Under the pieces are notes generated by a model. It saw only the letters and a list, made by a program, of their open reading frames with translations, ran no database searches and was not told where the DNA came from. A program made the translations under genes and the position numbers. DNA of 64,000 bases from Octopus sinensis (Eukaryota), in contig NC_042997.1 in assembly GCF_006345805.1 (NCBI RefSeq), forward strand, positions 33,790,001 to 33,854,000. Direction: 5' to 3'. This document shows, one piece after another, positions 35,448 to 47,880 of this stretch. Within the stretch, counting starts at the first letter, position 1. Every line of letters begins with the position of its first letter.

Positions 35448-35635
35448 AGGGAAAGTTTATGAAAAAAAACAAAAGACGAAGACAGGTGGTGTACAAAAGA
35501 AACAGATGTATTAGTATAACGCTCAGGAATAGAAAAAGTCTTTTACGTTTCGAGCCTATGCTCTTCTACAGAAAGGGACACAGAGAAAACAAGGAGAGAA
35601 ACAAGGAGAGGAAAAAATGTGTGTAGTGGCTAACG
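35448..35635 (-). mobile_element. Penelope-like pLTR fragment with a non-canonical hammerhead-like motif
   Basis: Minus 35575-35540: CTTT-CTGTAGAA-GAGC-ATAG-GCTC-GAAAC-GTA-AAAG; abuts (TA)n; second copy at 57841-57985. Confidence 0.6.
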
Positions 35636-36091
35636 ATGTGCATACTCATTTACATAGATTTTTTTTACACATAGATGTGCTTGTATAAATTTGTGTGTGT
35701 ACAGAGTACTTCCTGTATGATAAATATCTAATTAAGTGCAGGTTCCCATATTTTAGACAAACCATAAATAGTTTTTAATAAACTGAAATTATCTCCTAAA
35801 AGAGAAGAAAAGTCATTAGGGTTATTGAATGTTATCCTCAGTGGGGGCAAGGGAAAGAACTACTTAAGCTTCAGTCATCCCAAAATGAAATGGAGACATG
35901 CAAGGGAGTTGGGAGAATAGATCTGATTTTAGGCAAACATAGTGACAACTGTAGACATGTTTCAATCTAATTGGACCTTGTCAGCCAACAAACTTCACTC
36001 AATAGTTGCCAAGTTTTAAGGCTGACTGAAATTCTGGTTGCTTTCTATTTCCACTGTTCAGGAAATAAATTCTCATGTCAGTGCTGTTTTC

Positions 36092-36125
<34 letters not shown>

Positions 36126-36965
36126 TCTTCTCATTTTAAAGTAGTTAGTTCTTTTCTACACAAATTACATTATGTATTCGACATTAGAAACCTTGTGTTT
36201 CTATTTTGAACTGTTTGTTGCCTGCCAACAAAAGCTATGGCAAAATTAGCCTCATGTTTCACTCTGATATTCTTAATTCTGGACTACCCCACTCACCTGA
36301 ACCCTAAATATTTCTCTTTCTTTCCATTCTCATCGATTTTGAGGTATGTTGGTGAAAATTACCAAATTATTCAATTTTCTATATATTTCCCTATTGAAAC
36401 CAATTTTTTTTTTTTTAAAGAAACATCTTTAATCATTTGTGTTTATTTTTTCAGTTAACTCATTGTTGTCTTCATAACATCATCTCTTAACTTCATCAAT
36501 TATTTGTTTGTTGTAGCAATAGTCCAACACACCATTTCACCTTTTTTTTAGTAATTCCTTTTCTTTCCTTGATTCTATTTTATTACACATTATTTTTTTT
36601 TTTGTTACTGTGGTAATTATAAAAGTGCAACGGACAGATAACAAAAGCATTTGTCTTATTTATATCTGCATTTGTATGTGTGTGTGTGTGTGTGTGTGTC
36701 CATCCACTCCCTAGTACCACTGCAAACATGAAAAAAAATGAGTGTAAACTGATGACATTGGTGATGATGATAATATATCTTTATATAGACACAAATGCTA
36801 TGCGACACTCAATTTGAATGCATTTAATTTTAAAGGATAACTGTACAAAACAAAATGCGGAATATGACAAAACAATGTTCCAGTGAAATGCTGAAGAACT
36901 TTTCACATTTACTTGCCAACATACCACAACTATTATTAGCCCACAAATGCTCTTTCTTCTCTTTC

Positions 36966-37246
36966 TACTACTACTACTACAACCACCACCACCATGACCA
37001 CACCCACGACTCCCCACCCACACCCACGACCACCCACCATGACCACGAACCCCCACTACTACTACTAATACCACCACCACCACCACAACCACCACCACTA
37101 CCACCACCACCACCACACCACCACCACCACAACCACGACCCCCACTCCCCACAACTACTACTACCACTACCACCACCACCACCACCACGACCCCCCCACA
37201 ACCACGACCACAAACCCCCACTACTACTACTACTACTACCACCACC

Positions 37247-37299
<53 letters not shown>

Positions 37300-37320
37300 A
37301 CCACCACCACCACCACCACC

Positions 37321-37353
<33 letters not shown>
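36966..37353. repeat. Mosaic (CAC)n/(TAC)n triplet satellite
   Basis: Direct inspection; acaaccacgacccccc submotif recurs. Confidence 0.95.
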
Positions 37354-37984
37354 GTTTCCCTATTCTTTTTCACATCTTTGCCAATCCTTTTGTCCAATCC
37401 TTCTTTAACTCCAGAGTTTCTATGACTGGATTGTCTGCCTTTCACTGACCTTCACTTATATATATATATGTATGTGTCTATATAAGTCTCTATTGACCAA
37501 ATCCACACACTTGCCCAGTAGAACTGAACCTGAAACCATGTGGTTGAGAAGAAGCCAGATTCTTACCACACAAACCACACCTGTGCCTATATATATATAT
37601 ATGTGTGTATATAATTTACATACATAGTCACACGCTTGCACACCCATCCACCCACCCACCCACCCACACAGACACACACACAAAACATATGTCAAAATTT
37701 AGCAAGCTAATTGATATCTCAGGAAATTATAACAACTAAGATAAATTAAATCAAAAAACAAAAAAAGAAAAAAGTAGTAGAGAAACAGTATTGAACAGAA
37801 ACAGTCATAACTATCATTGAAATAGTTCCTTTGCATTGGAAACTCATAGTTCACCACTTTTCAATTCCCATTGTGACAAAAAAAAAAACAAAACATTACA
37901 TTATTACGTAAAAAAAAACAAGGGACGGAGAGAAGAACAGAGAAATAGAAATAAATTTTTTCTTATACAGAAAAGGTATACATT

Positions 37985-38211
37985 TACACACACACACACA
38001 CACACATTCATGTGTCTATGTATTTGTGCACACATACACACACACACACACACATTCATGTGTTTATGTATTTGTGCACACATACACACACACACACATT
38101 CATGTGTCTATGTATTTGTGCACACATACACACACACACACATTCATGTGTTTATGTATTCTTTGCACACATATACACACACACACACATTCATGTGTCT
38201 ATGTATTTGTG

Positions 38212-38243
<32 letters not shown>

Positions 38244-38555
38244 TTCATGTGTTTATGTATTTGTGCACACATACACACACACACACACACACACATGTGT
38301 TTATGTATTTGTGCACACATACACACACACACATTCATGTGTTTATGTATTTGTGCACACATACACACACACACACCACATTTATGTGTTTATGTATTTG
38401 TGCACACATACACACACACACACACATTCATGTGTTTATGTATTTGTGCACACATACACACACACCACACACACACACACACATTTATGTGTCTATGTAT
38501 TTGTGCACACATACACACACACACACACACACATTCATGTGTTTATGTATTTGTG

Positions 38556-38600
<45 letters not shown>

Positions 38601-38745
38601 TTATGTGTCTATGTATTTGTGCACACATACACACACACACACACAACACATTTATGTGTCTATGTATTTGTGCACACATACACACACACACACACACACA
38701 CATTCATGTGTTTATGTATTTGTGCACACATACACATACACACAC
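37985..38745. repeat. Minisatellite: 15 copies of a ~32-bp core separated by variable (CA)n
   Basis: Core cattYatgtgtYtatgtatttgtgcacacata counted 15 times. Confidence 0.95.
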
Positions 38746-38904
38746 GCGCGCGCAAGCGTTCACGCGTTCGAACACATGTGTGCACATAGGCATATTTTCA
38801 CAACACCTAGACATTTATGCCTATAAGTGAATTAATAAGGTAAAAATACAATTTTTTTACTTTTACGTGTTCCTGTCTACTGAGAAGAACTATTTTGGCA
38901 TTTG

Positions 38905-39409
38905 TCCAACCATCACACTGCTACCACCACCACCAGCAACAACACCACCACTTACATTATCACCACCAGCATTAACAGAGACATACTACAGCAACAACAA
39001 CTCCTACTACTACTACTACTACCACCACCACCACGACTACTACTACTACTACTACAACCACCACGACCACAACCACGACCCTCCCCACCACGACACCCCA
39101 CCTACAACCATGACCACAAATCCCCAATACTACTACTACTACCACCACCACCACCATCACTACCACCACCACCACCACCACTACCACCACCACCACCACC
39201 ACCACCACCACCACTACCACTACCACCACCACCACAACCACGACCCCCACAAACCCCCACCACTACTACTACTACCACCACCACCACAACCACGACCCCC
39301 CCACTACTACTACCACTACCACCACCACCACCACAACCACGACCACAACCCCCCGCAACCACGACCACAAACCCCCACTACTACTACTACTACCACCACC
39401 ACCACCACG

Positions 39410-39462
<53 letters not shown>

Positions 39463-39500
39463 CACCACCACGACTATTACTACTACTACTACTACTACTA
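38905..39500. repeat. Mosaic (CAC)n/(TAC)n triplet satellite related to 36966-37353
   Basis: Same submotifs in similar order. Confidence 0.95.
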
Positions 39501-39989
39501 ATGGTAGTAGCGTTTAGTTTCTTCTTCTGTAGTATAACTTGTCATTTCAGTCTCTTAGTTTTCAACAATCACAGCATTAGGCCTTTGACACTTGTCTCTA
39601 TCAATCATCTCCTCATCCTCCTCATCCTCCTCGTCCTTCTTCTTCTTCTTCTTCTTCTTCTTCTTTTCCTTCTTCTTGTCCTCAGCAAAGCAAAATAAAT
39701 TCCCCCCCTCTCCTCCTCCTTTCACTTCCACCTATGCTCTCTCTCTCTGTCTGTACCTCTCTTCTCAACCACTTTTTCCTGTTTCACATCTCACCTTGTA
39801 AAACTATATAAGCAACAAGACCATCACCAACAATGACAACAACAACAACAACAACAAAAATGTTACCATTCCTTGACTACTGAAAAGGAAAGAAAAATTT
39901 GTTTCCCCCCCTCATATTTAAAAGAAGCCCTCCACGCTAGTGGATAGATCTTAACAAAATTCTGTAGTTTATCTTTTCTGACATTCTAT

Positions 39990-40112
39990 TTGTCTCTGTT
40001 TCTATGCATATATGTGTGTGTGTGTGTGTGTTTATATATATATATATATATATATATGCTTATGTGTGTATTTGTACGAATGTGTGCGCTGTGTTTGTAT
40101 ATATATATATAC

Positions 40113-40149
<37 letters not shown>

Positions 40150-40259
40150 ATGTATATATATATATACATACATATATATATATATACATAATGTATATAT
40201 ATATATATATATACATACATATATATATATATATATATATGTATATAGATACATATATA

Positions 40260-40334
<75 letters not shown>

Positions 40335-40390
40335 TATATACATATATACATATATATATACATATTATATACATATATACATATATATAC

Positions 40391-40447
<57 letters not shown>

Positions 40448-40472
40448 CACCACACACACACACATACACACA
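39990..40472. repeat. (TA)n/(TACA)n low-complexity block
   Basis: Direct inspection. Confidence 0.95.
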
Positions 40473-40948
40473 CTAAAATTCAATTTATATCATTTGGCTG
40501 ATCACTGGTTCACTGCATTTCTGATATCAAAAATGATAAGGGAGTCTTTGTACAACTTGGGTGGAATACATACCACAGGGTAGTTTTGTTCAAAAAGCTC
40601 TCCTTTATCGGTTTTTCTCACCTAAGTGTACAACAATTGCTGATATATATCAGTTAAAGACCCCCCCCACACACACACGCATGCATGCATGCATACACAC
40701 GTGCACACACATACACACACACTCAAATTAGATAAATGCATATGAATCTAGGCAGTGCAATTTCAGTTCATTGAAGTAAGATATTCAATTGCAGAGAATG
40801 CATAATGTCTCCACAGGTAGATTATCAAACGGGGGAGAACGGGCATCAAAAACACCACAGAAAAAAAATAAGGTATATTTACCTTCCCCCCAACATTATT
40901 ATTTTCGTTGTTATTATTATTATTATCATTATTATTATTATTATTATT

Positions 40949-41506
40949 GAGTGAGAGAGCAGTTCATGCCATCAAAGTGACACTGGGGTAAAATATACGA
41001 AGCCCAATATACCCATCATGACTACCCGCCTGATAAGGGTACACCAGGCACATGCATCACAACCATATGTGCGCGACATGGTCATCTCATATCAAGATAA
41101 ACAGCACATGACCTTGCAGGTGGGGCCCAGTTAGAATTTTCTTCAGGTTGAGTAGCCCATCCCGCTCAAAAGGTCCCTGAATAAGGGTTGTTTAAGGATG
41201 TTGAAAGAACCACCCATGTTTCCAGAGGCGAATTATTCAAACCCCAAAGAATCCCTCTCAACACATGGCTATGATGCTCCCCCACTACTTCTGCTCGTGA
41301 TCAGAGATGCACATATCGTCAGCCACTAAGGGACATGCTCAACTGGTTAAGGTCAAACAACTGACAAGCAAATCTGTGGTATTGAGCAGAATATTTGCTG
41401 TAGCCCATCTTTTATACCAAGATAAAACAATGTACATGATAACACTTCCAATCAGTTAAGATCAGAAGCCACGAGAACCAGTGCCTGGTACTGCATCAGG
41501 GCATTT
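40949..41506 (-). mobile_element. ~560-bp unclassified interspersed element inserted in an (AAT)n tract
   Basis: Complex GC-richer block bounded on both sides by (att)n; minus-strand end actgctctctcactc(aat)n; no ORF, no TIR. Confidence 0.5.
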
Positions 41507-41738
41507 ATTATTATTATTATTATTAATAATATAATTTTATAGTCTCATAACAGCCAATTAATGTTACCGAATGGTTTCATGCTAAAACTTCCAGAAGGTG
41601 GAGAGGTAAAATTAGCAATTATCAGATATGGCTAAGTCTGTTGATTGCAAACTTCATCTCTCCTTTTCTGGAACAGTTTTGGCATGAAACCATATGGTAA
41701 CATTAATCGAATTGACTGTCATGCAGCTATGATATATA

Positions 41739-41785
<47 letters not shown>

Positions 41786-41859
41786 TAGTAATGATATACC
41801 CACTTTATTACCATTTTATTATATGAATTCCCTTTATTTTTCTGACTCATGAAATCTTA

Positions 41860-41910
<51 letters not shown>

Positions 41911-41916
<6 letters not shown>

Positions 41917-42025
41917 AAGGGCTAAAAAACCACTATGTGGTTAGCCATATGCTAGAAGTAGATCACCTGTGATCAAACTTCTAGCATATGGCTAACCACA
42001 TAGTGGTTTTTTAGCCCTTTAAATA
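41911..42025. repeat. Perfect 49-bp-arm palindrome between (TA)n tracts
   Basis: Arms 41911-41959 and 41977-42025 identical in reverse complement; the centre holds gatcac-ct-gtgatc. Confidence 0.95.
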
Positions 42026-42135
42026 CACACATATATTAGAATTTTCTCTGATTCTTCAGATTTTTGTATGCTAGGCTACTGGTTTTAAATTGATATTAAT
42101 TAAATTGATATTCAATTTATCTCCCTCTTTATTTA

Positions 42136-42175
<40 letters not shown>

Positions 42176-42328
42176 TAGTATAAACAGCTAAGTGCAATTT
42201 AATACCATAAAGGAGAAATTTTATCATCACTAGTTGTGGCTGAGGGTGTCAAAACACCTATGTTGCAAGAAATAAGATTTAAACACTCTTAATGCTCTAA
42301 GAAGAATGCAATATATATACATTAACGA

Positions 42329-43125
42329 GGCGGCAAGCTGTCAGAAATGTTAGCACACCAGGCAAAATCCTTAGCAGTATTTCGTCTGTCTTTACGTATG
42401 GAGTTCAAATTCTGCCGAGGTCATCTTTGCCTTTCATCCTTTCAGGAATTGATAAATTAAGTACCAGTTGCATACTGGGGTCGATCTAACTGACTGGCCC
42501 CCGCCCAAAAAATATCGGGCCTTGTGCCTAGAGTACAAAAGGCGGCAAGCTGGCAGAAATGTTAGCATGCCGGGCAAAATCCTTAGCAGTATTTCGTCTG
42601 TCTTTACGTATGGAGTTCAAATTCTGCCGAGGTCATCTTTGCCTTTCATCCTTTCAGGAATTGATAAATTAAGTACCAGTTGCATACTGGGGTCGATCTA
42701 ACTGACTGGCCCCCGCCCAAAAAATATCGGGCCTTGTGCCTAGAGGTCAAAAGGCGGCAAGCTGGCAGAAATGTTAGCATGCCGGGCAAAATGCTTAGCA
42801 GTATTTTGTCTCTCTTTACGTTCTGAGTTCAAATTCTGCTGAGGTCGACTTTGCCTTTCATCCTTTCAGGGCTCGATAAATTAAGTACCAGTTGCGTACT
42901 GGGGTCGATCTAACTGACTGGCTCACATGACTAAACATACATACATATACCCAGACACACACATGCACAATCACACACACGTATATATACCCATTTGTTC
43001 ATTCATTTTTATGTCTGTTATTTTCATGCTAGCATGGGTTAGTGGAATATATTACCGAAGCAATGTTTTACAGTTGGATACGCCCCCAAAATTTCGGGCC
43101 TTATGCCTAGAGTAGAAAAGACTAT
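42329..43125 (+). mobile_element. Tandem trimer of a SINE-B variant (period 212); the third copy is split by an insertion (~42923-43080)
   Basis: Heads at 42329, 42541, 42753; the variant tail cgggccttgtgcctagag resumes at ~43082. Confidence 0.85.
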
Positions 43126-43264
43126 ATATATATACACTAACAGGGAAGATAACCTTCCCATGAGTGTCTCCAGGATCACTAGACTAGACTAGTTTCACCT
43201 ATCAGTTGTAGGCTTGTCATATTTGTAATAGCAGTAATGATATTTTGAATGCATTTTATATATA

Positions 43265-43645
43265 CGCGCAGGAGTGGCTGTGTGGTAGGTAGCTTGCTAA
43301 CCAACCACATGGTTCCGGGTTCAGTCCCACTGCGTGGCATCTTGGGCAAGTGTCTTCTGCTATAGCCCCGGGCCGACCAATGCCTTGTGAGTGGATTTGG
43401 TAGACGGAAACTGAAAGAAGCCTGTCATATATATGTATATATATATATATGTGTGTATGTGTGCTTGACAACCGATGCTGGTGTGTTTGCGTCCCCGTCA
43501 CTTAGCGGTTCGGCAAAAGAGACCGATAGAATAAGTACTGGGCTTACAAAGAATAAGTCCCGGGGTCGATTTGCTCGACTAAAGGCGGTGCTCCAGCATG
43601 ACCGCAGTCAAATGACTGAAACAAGTAAAAGAGTAAAAGAGAGTA
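43265..43645 (+). mobile_element. SINE-A with a short internal deletion
   Basis: Family match lacking the tttgtccccctagcatt segment. Confidence 0.9.
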
Positions 43646-43784
43646 TACATTTTAGATCATTGCACAATGGATGAAAAGGAAATGCATCTCCTATGCAAAA
43701 TCTTCCTCGGTTAAGACATCAAAATGTAAACAAATTGATGGAATTTGTCTTTTATATATGTGGTCTGAGTATTTTAAGTGAAGG

Positions 43785-43910
43785 TATGTAGAGAAATGAG
43801 AAGAAAGCATGGGAAGGTGAATTAAAGGATGGGAGGAAGTGAAACCGATGAGAGGGTGAGGTTTGAAAGTAGTCTGGAGCCAACAGAAGCTCCAAAGTTG
43901 ATGTGTATCT
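43785..43910. repeat. ~125-bp dispersed repeat fragment, second copy at 46651-46778
   Basis: gaaatgagaagaaagcatgggaaggtgaat...gaggtttgaaagtagtctgg...aaagttgatgtgtatct in both. Confidence 0.8.
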
Positions 43911-43960
43911 GACCTGAAGAGAGGACGTGCCCAGAAGGGGTTGAAAATCTATAGGGAGGG

Positions 43961-44006
<46 letters not shown>

Positions 44007-44436
44007 AAAAGGGATTGGTAGTGTAGATATGAGAGCAGAGACAACATAGGGGAGATGGGACCATATGAGAGGAAGCGAAGAGAAAGGGTTAATCAAATAA
44101 ATAATAGTAATAAACTGGCCCTCCATCAGTTATGAAGATGAGGGTTCCACTTGATCCAATCAGGGGAACAGCCTTCTCATGAGATAAATGTGCAAGTGGC
44201 TGAGTACTCCACAGACATGTGTACTCTTAACGTAGTTGTCAGGGAGATTCAGCATGACACAGAATGTGACAAGGCTGGCTCTAACCGTCCAACCCATGCT
44301 TCATGGAAAACGGACGTTAAACGATGATGATGATGATGATACTACTAATTTTTGGTAGCAGACTGGACTAGAACCATGTGAAATAAAGTTTCCTTGCTCT
44401 AATAAATGTACCAATAAAAATATGACTGATTAGAAA

Positions 44437-44776
44437 GGTGCATGGCTCAGTGGTTAAAGTGTTGGTCTCACAATCATTTGGTAGAGAGTTCAATTCTTGG
44501 ACCAGGCTCTGAGTTTTGTTCTTCATTAAGGTACTTTATTTCATGTTACTCCAGTCCACTCAGATGTAGAAATGAGTTGTGACATCACTGGTACCAAGCT
44601 GTATCAGTCCTTGCCTTTCCCTTAGATATCATCGATAGCACGGAGAGGGGAGGCTGGTATGCATGGGTGACTACTGGTCTTCCATAAACAACCTTATCTG
44701 GACTTGTGACTTGGAGGGGAATCTTTCTAGGTGCATTACATGGTCATTCATGACCGAAGGAGGGGTCTTTACCCTC
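44437..44776 (+). mobile_element. tRNA-derived SINE-E
   Basis: A box tggctcagtggtt (44443), B box gagttcaattc (44486), CORE-like ctccagtccactcag. Confidence 0.65.
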
Positions 44777-44802
44777 CATACCCTGATCAGAAAGAATGAG
44801 AA

Positions 44803-44839
<37 letters not shown>

Positions 44840-44867
44840 TAATAATGATAGTAATAATAATAATATT

Positions 44868-46475
44868 ACCTGTGAACTTGCGTAAATACATATTTACCTG
44901 TGAACTTGCGTGTGTAATCTGGGAATGCATACAACGAGCTTCTCTGCCCTAGGTGTACGGAAAACACTCGGCGAGAAACAGAAGAATTTGAAGAAGAAGG
45001 AAAAAACATAATAATAATAATAATAATAATAATACCTGTGAACTTGCGTAAATACATATTTACCTGTGAATTTGCGTGTGTAATCTGGGAATGCATACAA
45101 TGAGCTTCTCTGCCTAGTGTACGGAAAACAACTCGGCGAGAAACAGAAGAAAATTTGAAGAAAGAAGGAAAAAACATATAATAATATAATATTACCTGTG
45201 AACTTGCGTAAATACATATTTACCTGTGAATTTGCGTGTGTAATCTGGGAATGCATACAATGAGCTTCTCTGCCCTAGGTGTACGGAAAACACTCGGCGA
45301 GAAACAGAAGAAAATTTGAAGAAAGAAGGAAAAAACATAATAATAATAATAATATTACCTGTGAACTTGCGTAAATACATATTTACCTGTGAATTTGCGT
45401 GTGTAATCTGGGAATGCATACAATGAGCTTCTCTGCCCTAGGTGTACGGAAAACACTCGGCGAGAAACAGAAGAAAATTTGAAGAAGAAGGAAAAACAAT
45501 AATAATACTAATAATAAAAAATAATACCTGTGAACTTGCGTAAATACATATTTACCTGTGAATTTGCGTGTGTACTCTGGGAATGCATACAATGAGCTTT
45601 CTCGCTGCCCTAGGTGTACGGAAACACTCGGCGAGAAACGGAAGAAAATTTGAAGAAAGAAGGAAAAAACATAATAATAATAATAATATTAACCTGTGAA
45701 CTTGCGTACGTTAACATATTTACCTGTGAATTTGCGTGTGTAATCTGGGAATGCATACAATGAGCTTCTCTGCCCTAGGTGTACGAACACTCGGCGAGAA
45801 ACAGAAGAAATTTGAAGAAAGACGAAAAAACATAATAATAATAATAATATTACCTGTGAACTTGCGAAATACATCGTTACCTGTGAATTTGCGTGTGTAA
45901 TCTGGGAATGCATACAATGAGCTTCTCTCCCTAGTGTATCGAAAACACTCGGCGAGAAACAGAAGAAAATTTGAAGAAAGAAGGAAAAAACATAATAATA
46001 ATAATAATAATAATAATACCTGTGAACTTGCGTAAATACATATTTACCTGTGAATTTGCGTGTGTAATCTGGGAATGCATACAATGAGCTTCTCTGCCCT
46101 AGGTGTACGGAAAACACTCGGCGAGAAACGGAAGAAAATTTGAAGAAAGAAGGAAAAAACATAATAATAATAATATTACCTGTGAACTCCGTAAATACAT
46201 ATTACCTGTGAATTTGCGTGTGTAATCTGGGAATGCATACAATGAGCTTCTCTGCCCTAGGTGTACGGAAAACACTCGGCGAGAAACAGAAGAAAATTTG
46301 AAGAAAGAAGGAAAAAACATAATAATAATAATAATATTACCTGTGAACTTGCGTAAATACATATTTACCTGTGAATTTGCGTGTGTAATCTGGGAATGCA
46401 TACAATGAGCTTCTCTGCCCTAGGTGTACGGAAAACACTCGGCGAGAAACGGAAGAAAATTTGAAGAAAGAAGGG
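44868..46475. repeat. Tandem array of 10 units (~160-169 bp) separated by variable (AAT)n
   Basis: Unit starts 44868, 45034, 45194, 45357, 45526, 45692, 45852, 46018, 46178, 46339. Confidence 0.97.
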
Positions 46476-46845
46476 AAAAAAGAAAAAAAAAATGATGATA
46501 AATAAATAAGTATATCAGAATGGGGTGAGCAGGAATGAGGGTGGTGGTGTATTTGTGGAGGTAGCAGGACTTTGAGAAGACATCAATGAAATGGGTGAAT
46601 CTTGATGGCAAATCGAAGACAGGTTGAAGGGAAGAAGTAGAAGAAGAAGGTATGTACGGAAATGAGAAGAAAGCATGGGAAGGTGAATAAAAGTATGGGA
46701 AGAAGTGAAGCCGATGAGAGGGTGAGGTTTGAAAGTAGTCTGGGGCCAACAGAAGCTCTAAAGTTGATGTGTATCTCACCTTGAAAATATAGTGCTCAGG
46801 TGCCATAAAAACAACAACAACAACAACAACAATAATAATAATATT

Positions 46846-47073
46846 TATTTCTTTATTGCCCACAAGGGGCTAAACATAGAGGGGACAAACAAGGACAGAT
46901 GAACGGATTAAGTTGATTACATCGACCCAGTGCGTAACTGGTACTTAATTTATCGACCCCGAAAGGATGAAAGACAAAGTTGACCTCGGCGGAATTTGAA
47001 CTCAACGTAACGGTAGACGAAATACAGCTACGCATTTCGCCCGGTGTGCTAACGTTTCTGCCAGCCCGCTGCC
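46846..47073 (-). mobile_element. SINE-B
   Basis: Full reverse-complement match; tail abuts (aat)n. Confidence 0.9.
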
Positions 47074-47519
47074 TTAGAATAATAATATTGGTTTCAGATT
47101 TTTGCATAAGGTCAGTAAGTTTGGAGTGGGGGCTAAGTTGATTACAGCAACACTCCCCCCCTTCCCCCACTGCTCAGCCGGTACTTATTTTATGGGCCCT
47201 GAAAAGGTGAAAGGCAAAGTACACTTTGGCAGAATTTGAATATAGAATGTAAAGGTGGATGAAATGCCACTAAGCATTTTGACCAATTCTGCTAGCTTGC
47301 CGCCTTAACATCAACAACAAAAACAACAACAACAATAAGAAGAAAAAAGAAAAAAGGAAAAAGAATAAAGGTAATGAGGGAAACAGATTGAGGAAGAAAG
47401 TGGAGGGTGGTGTTACATGGTGTGTGAGAGAAAAGGTTTTAGTGGAATTAAAATAAAGATAAATATTGTAAAGTAGATTAAAAAAAATTAAAATAAACTT
47501 AAATCAAGGATGACAATGA

Positions 47520-47880
47520 TTTCATCATCATCACATGTCCCTTTTTCCATGCTGGATAGTTTGTCAAGAACAGATGAGCTAAAGAGCTCTGCTAGGTTCT
47601 ATGTCTGCTTTGACATGGTTTCTACAGCAGGACTCCTTTCCTAATGCTAACCGTTTAACGGAGTGTACTGGGTGTTCTTTTACACTGCGCCAGCACTGGT
47701 GAGGTCACCAAGTACCCGCAAGCCCGCAAGATAAGTCCCCTCAGGTGAGCAGGGTATAGACTGGAGAAGGAAACTGTGAGAGAGGGAGAGGAGCTGGTAT
47801 CTTGCTGAAGAGGTGAATACATTGCTTGCCCATCTGGAAAGTGGAAGAGAGAAAGAGAGAGAGAAATAAAGAGATGTAAG
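47520..47880 (-). mobile_element. Old RTE 3' UTR / D-tail relic
   Basis: catcatcatcacatgtccctttttccatgctgg...ccttcctaatgctaacc pattern. Confidence 0.55.

Noticed and set aside
36781-39517. Long His/Pro/Thr/Tyr-rich ORFs up to 317 aa
   Set aside because: All frames on both strands are open because they translate CA and CAC/TAC repeats; no domain or splice structure
44868-46475. CRISPR-like array
   Set aside because: Eukaryotic context; the repeats are ~145 bp, the spacers are only (AAT)n, and there are no cas genes
43785-46778. Direct repeats flanking the array as LTRs
   Set aside because: No TG...CA ends, PBS, TSD or internal gag/pol; both look like fragments of one interspersed family
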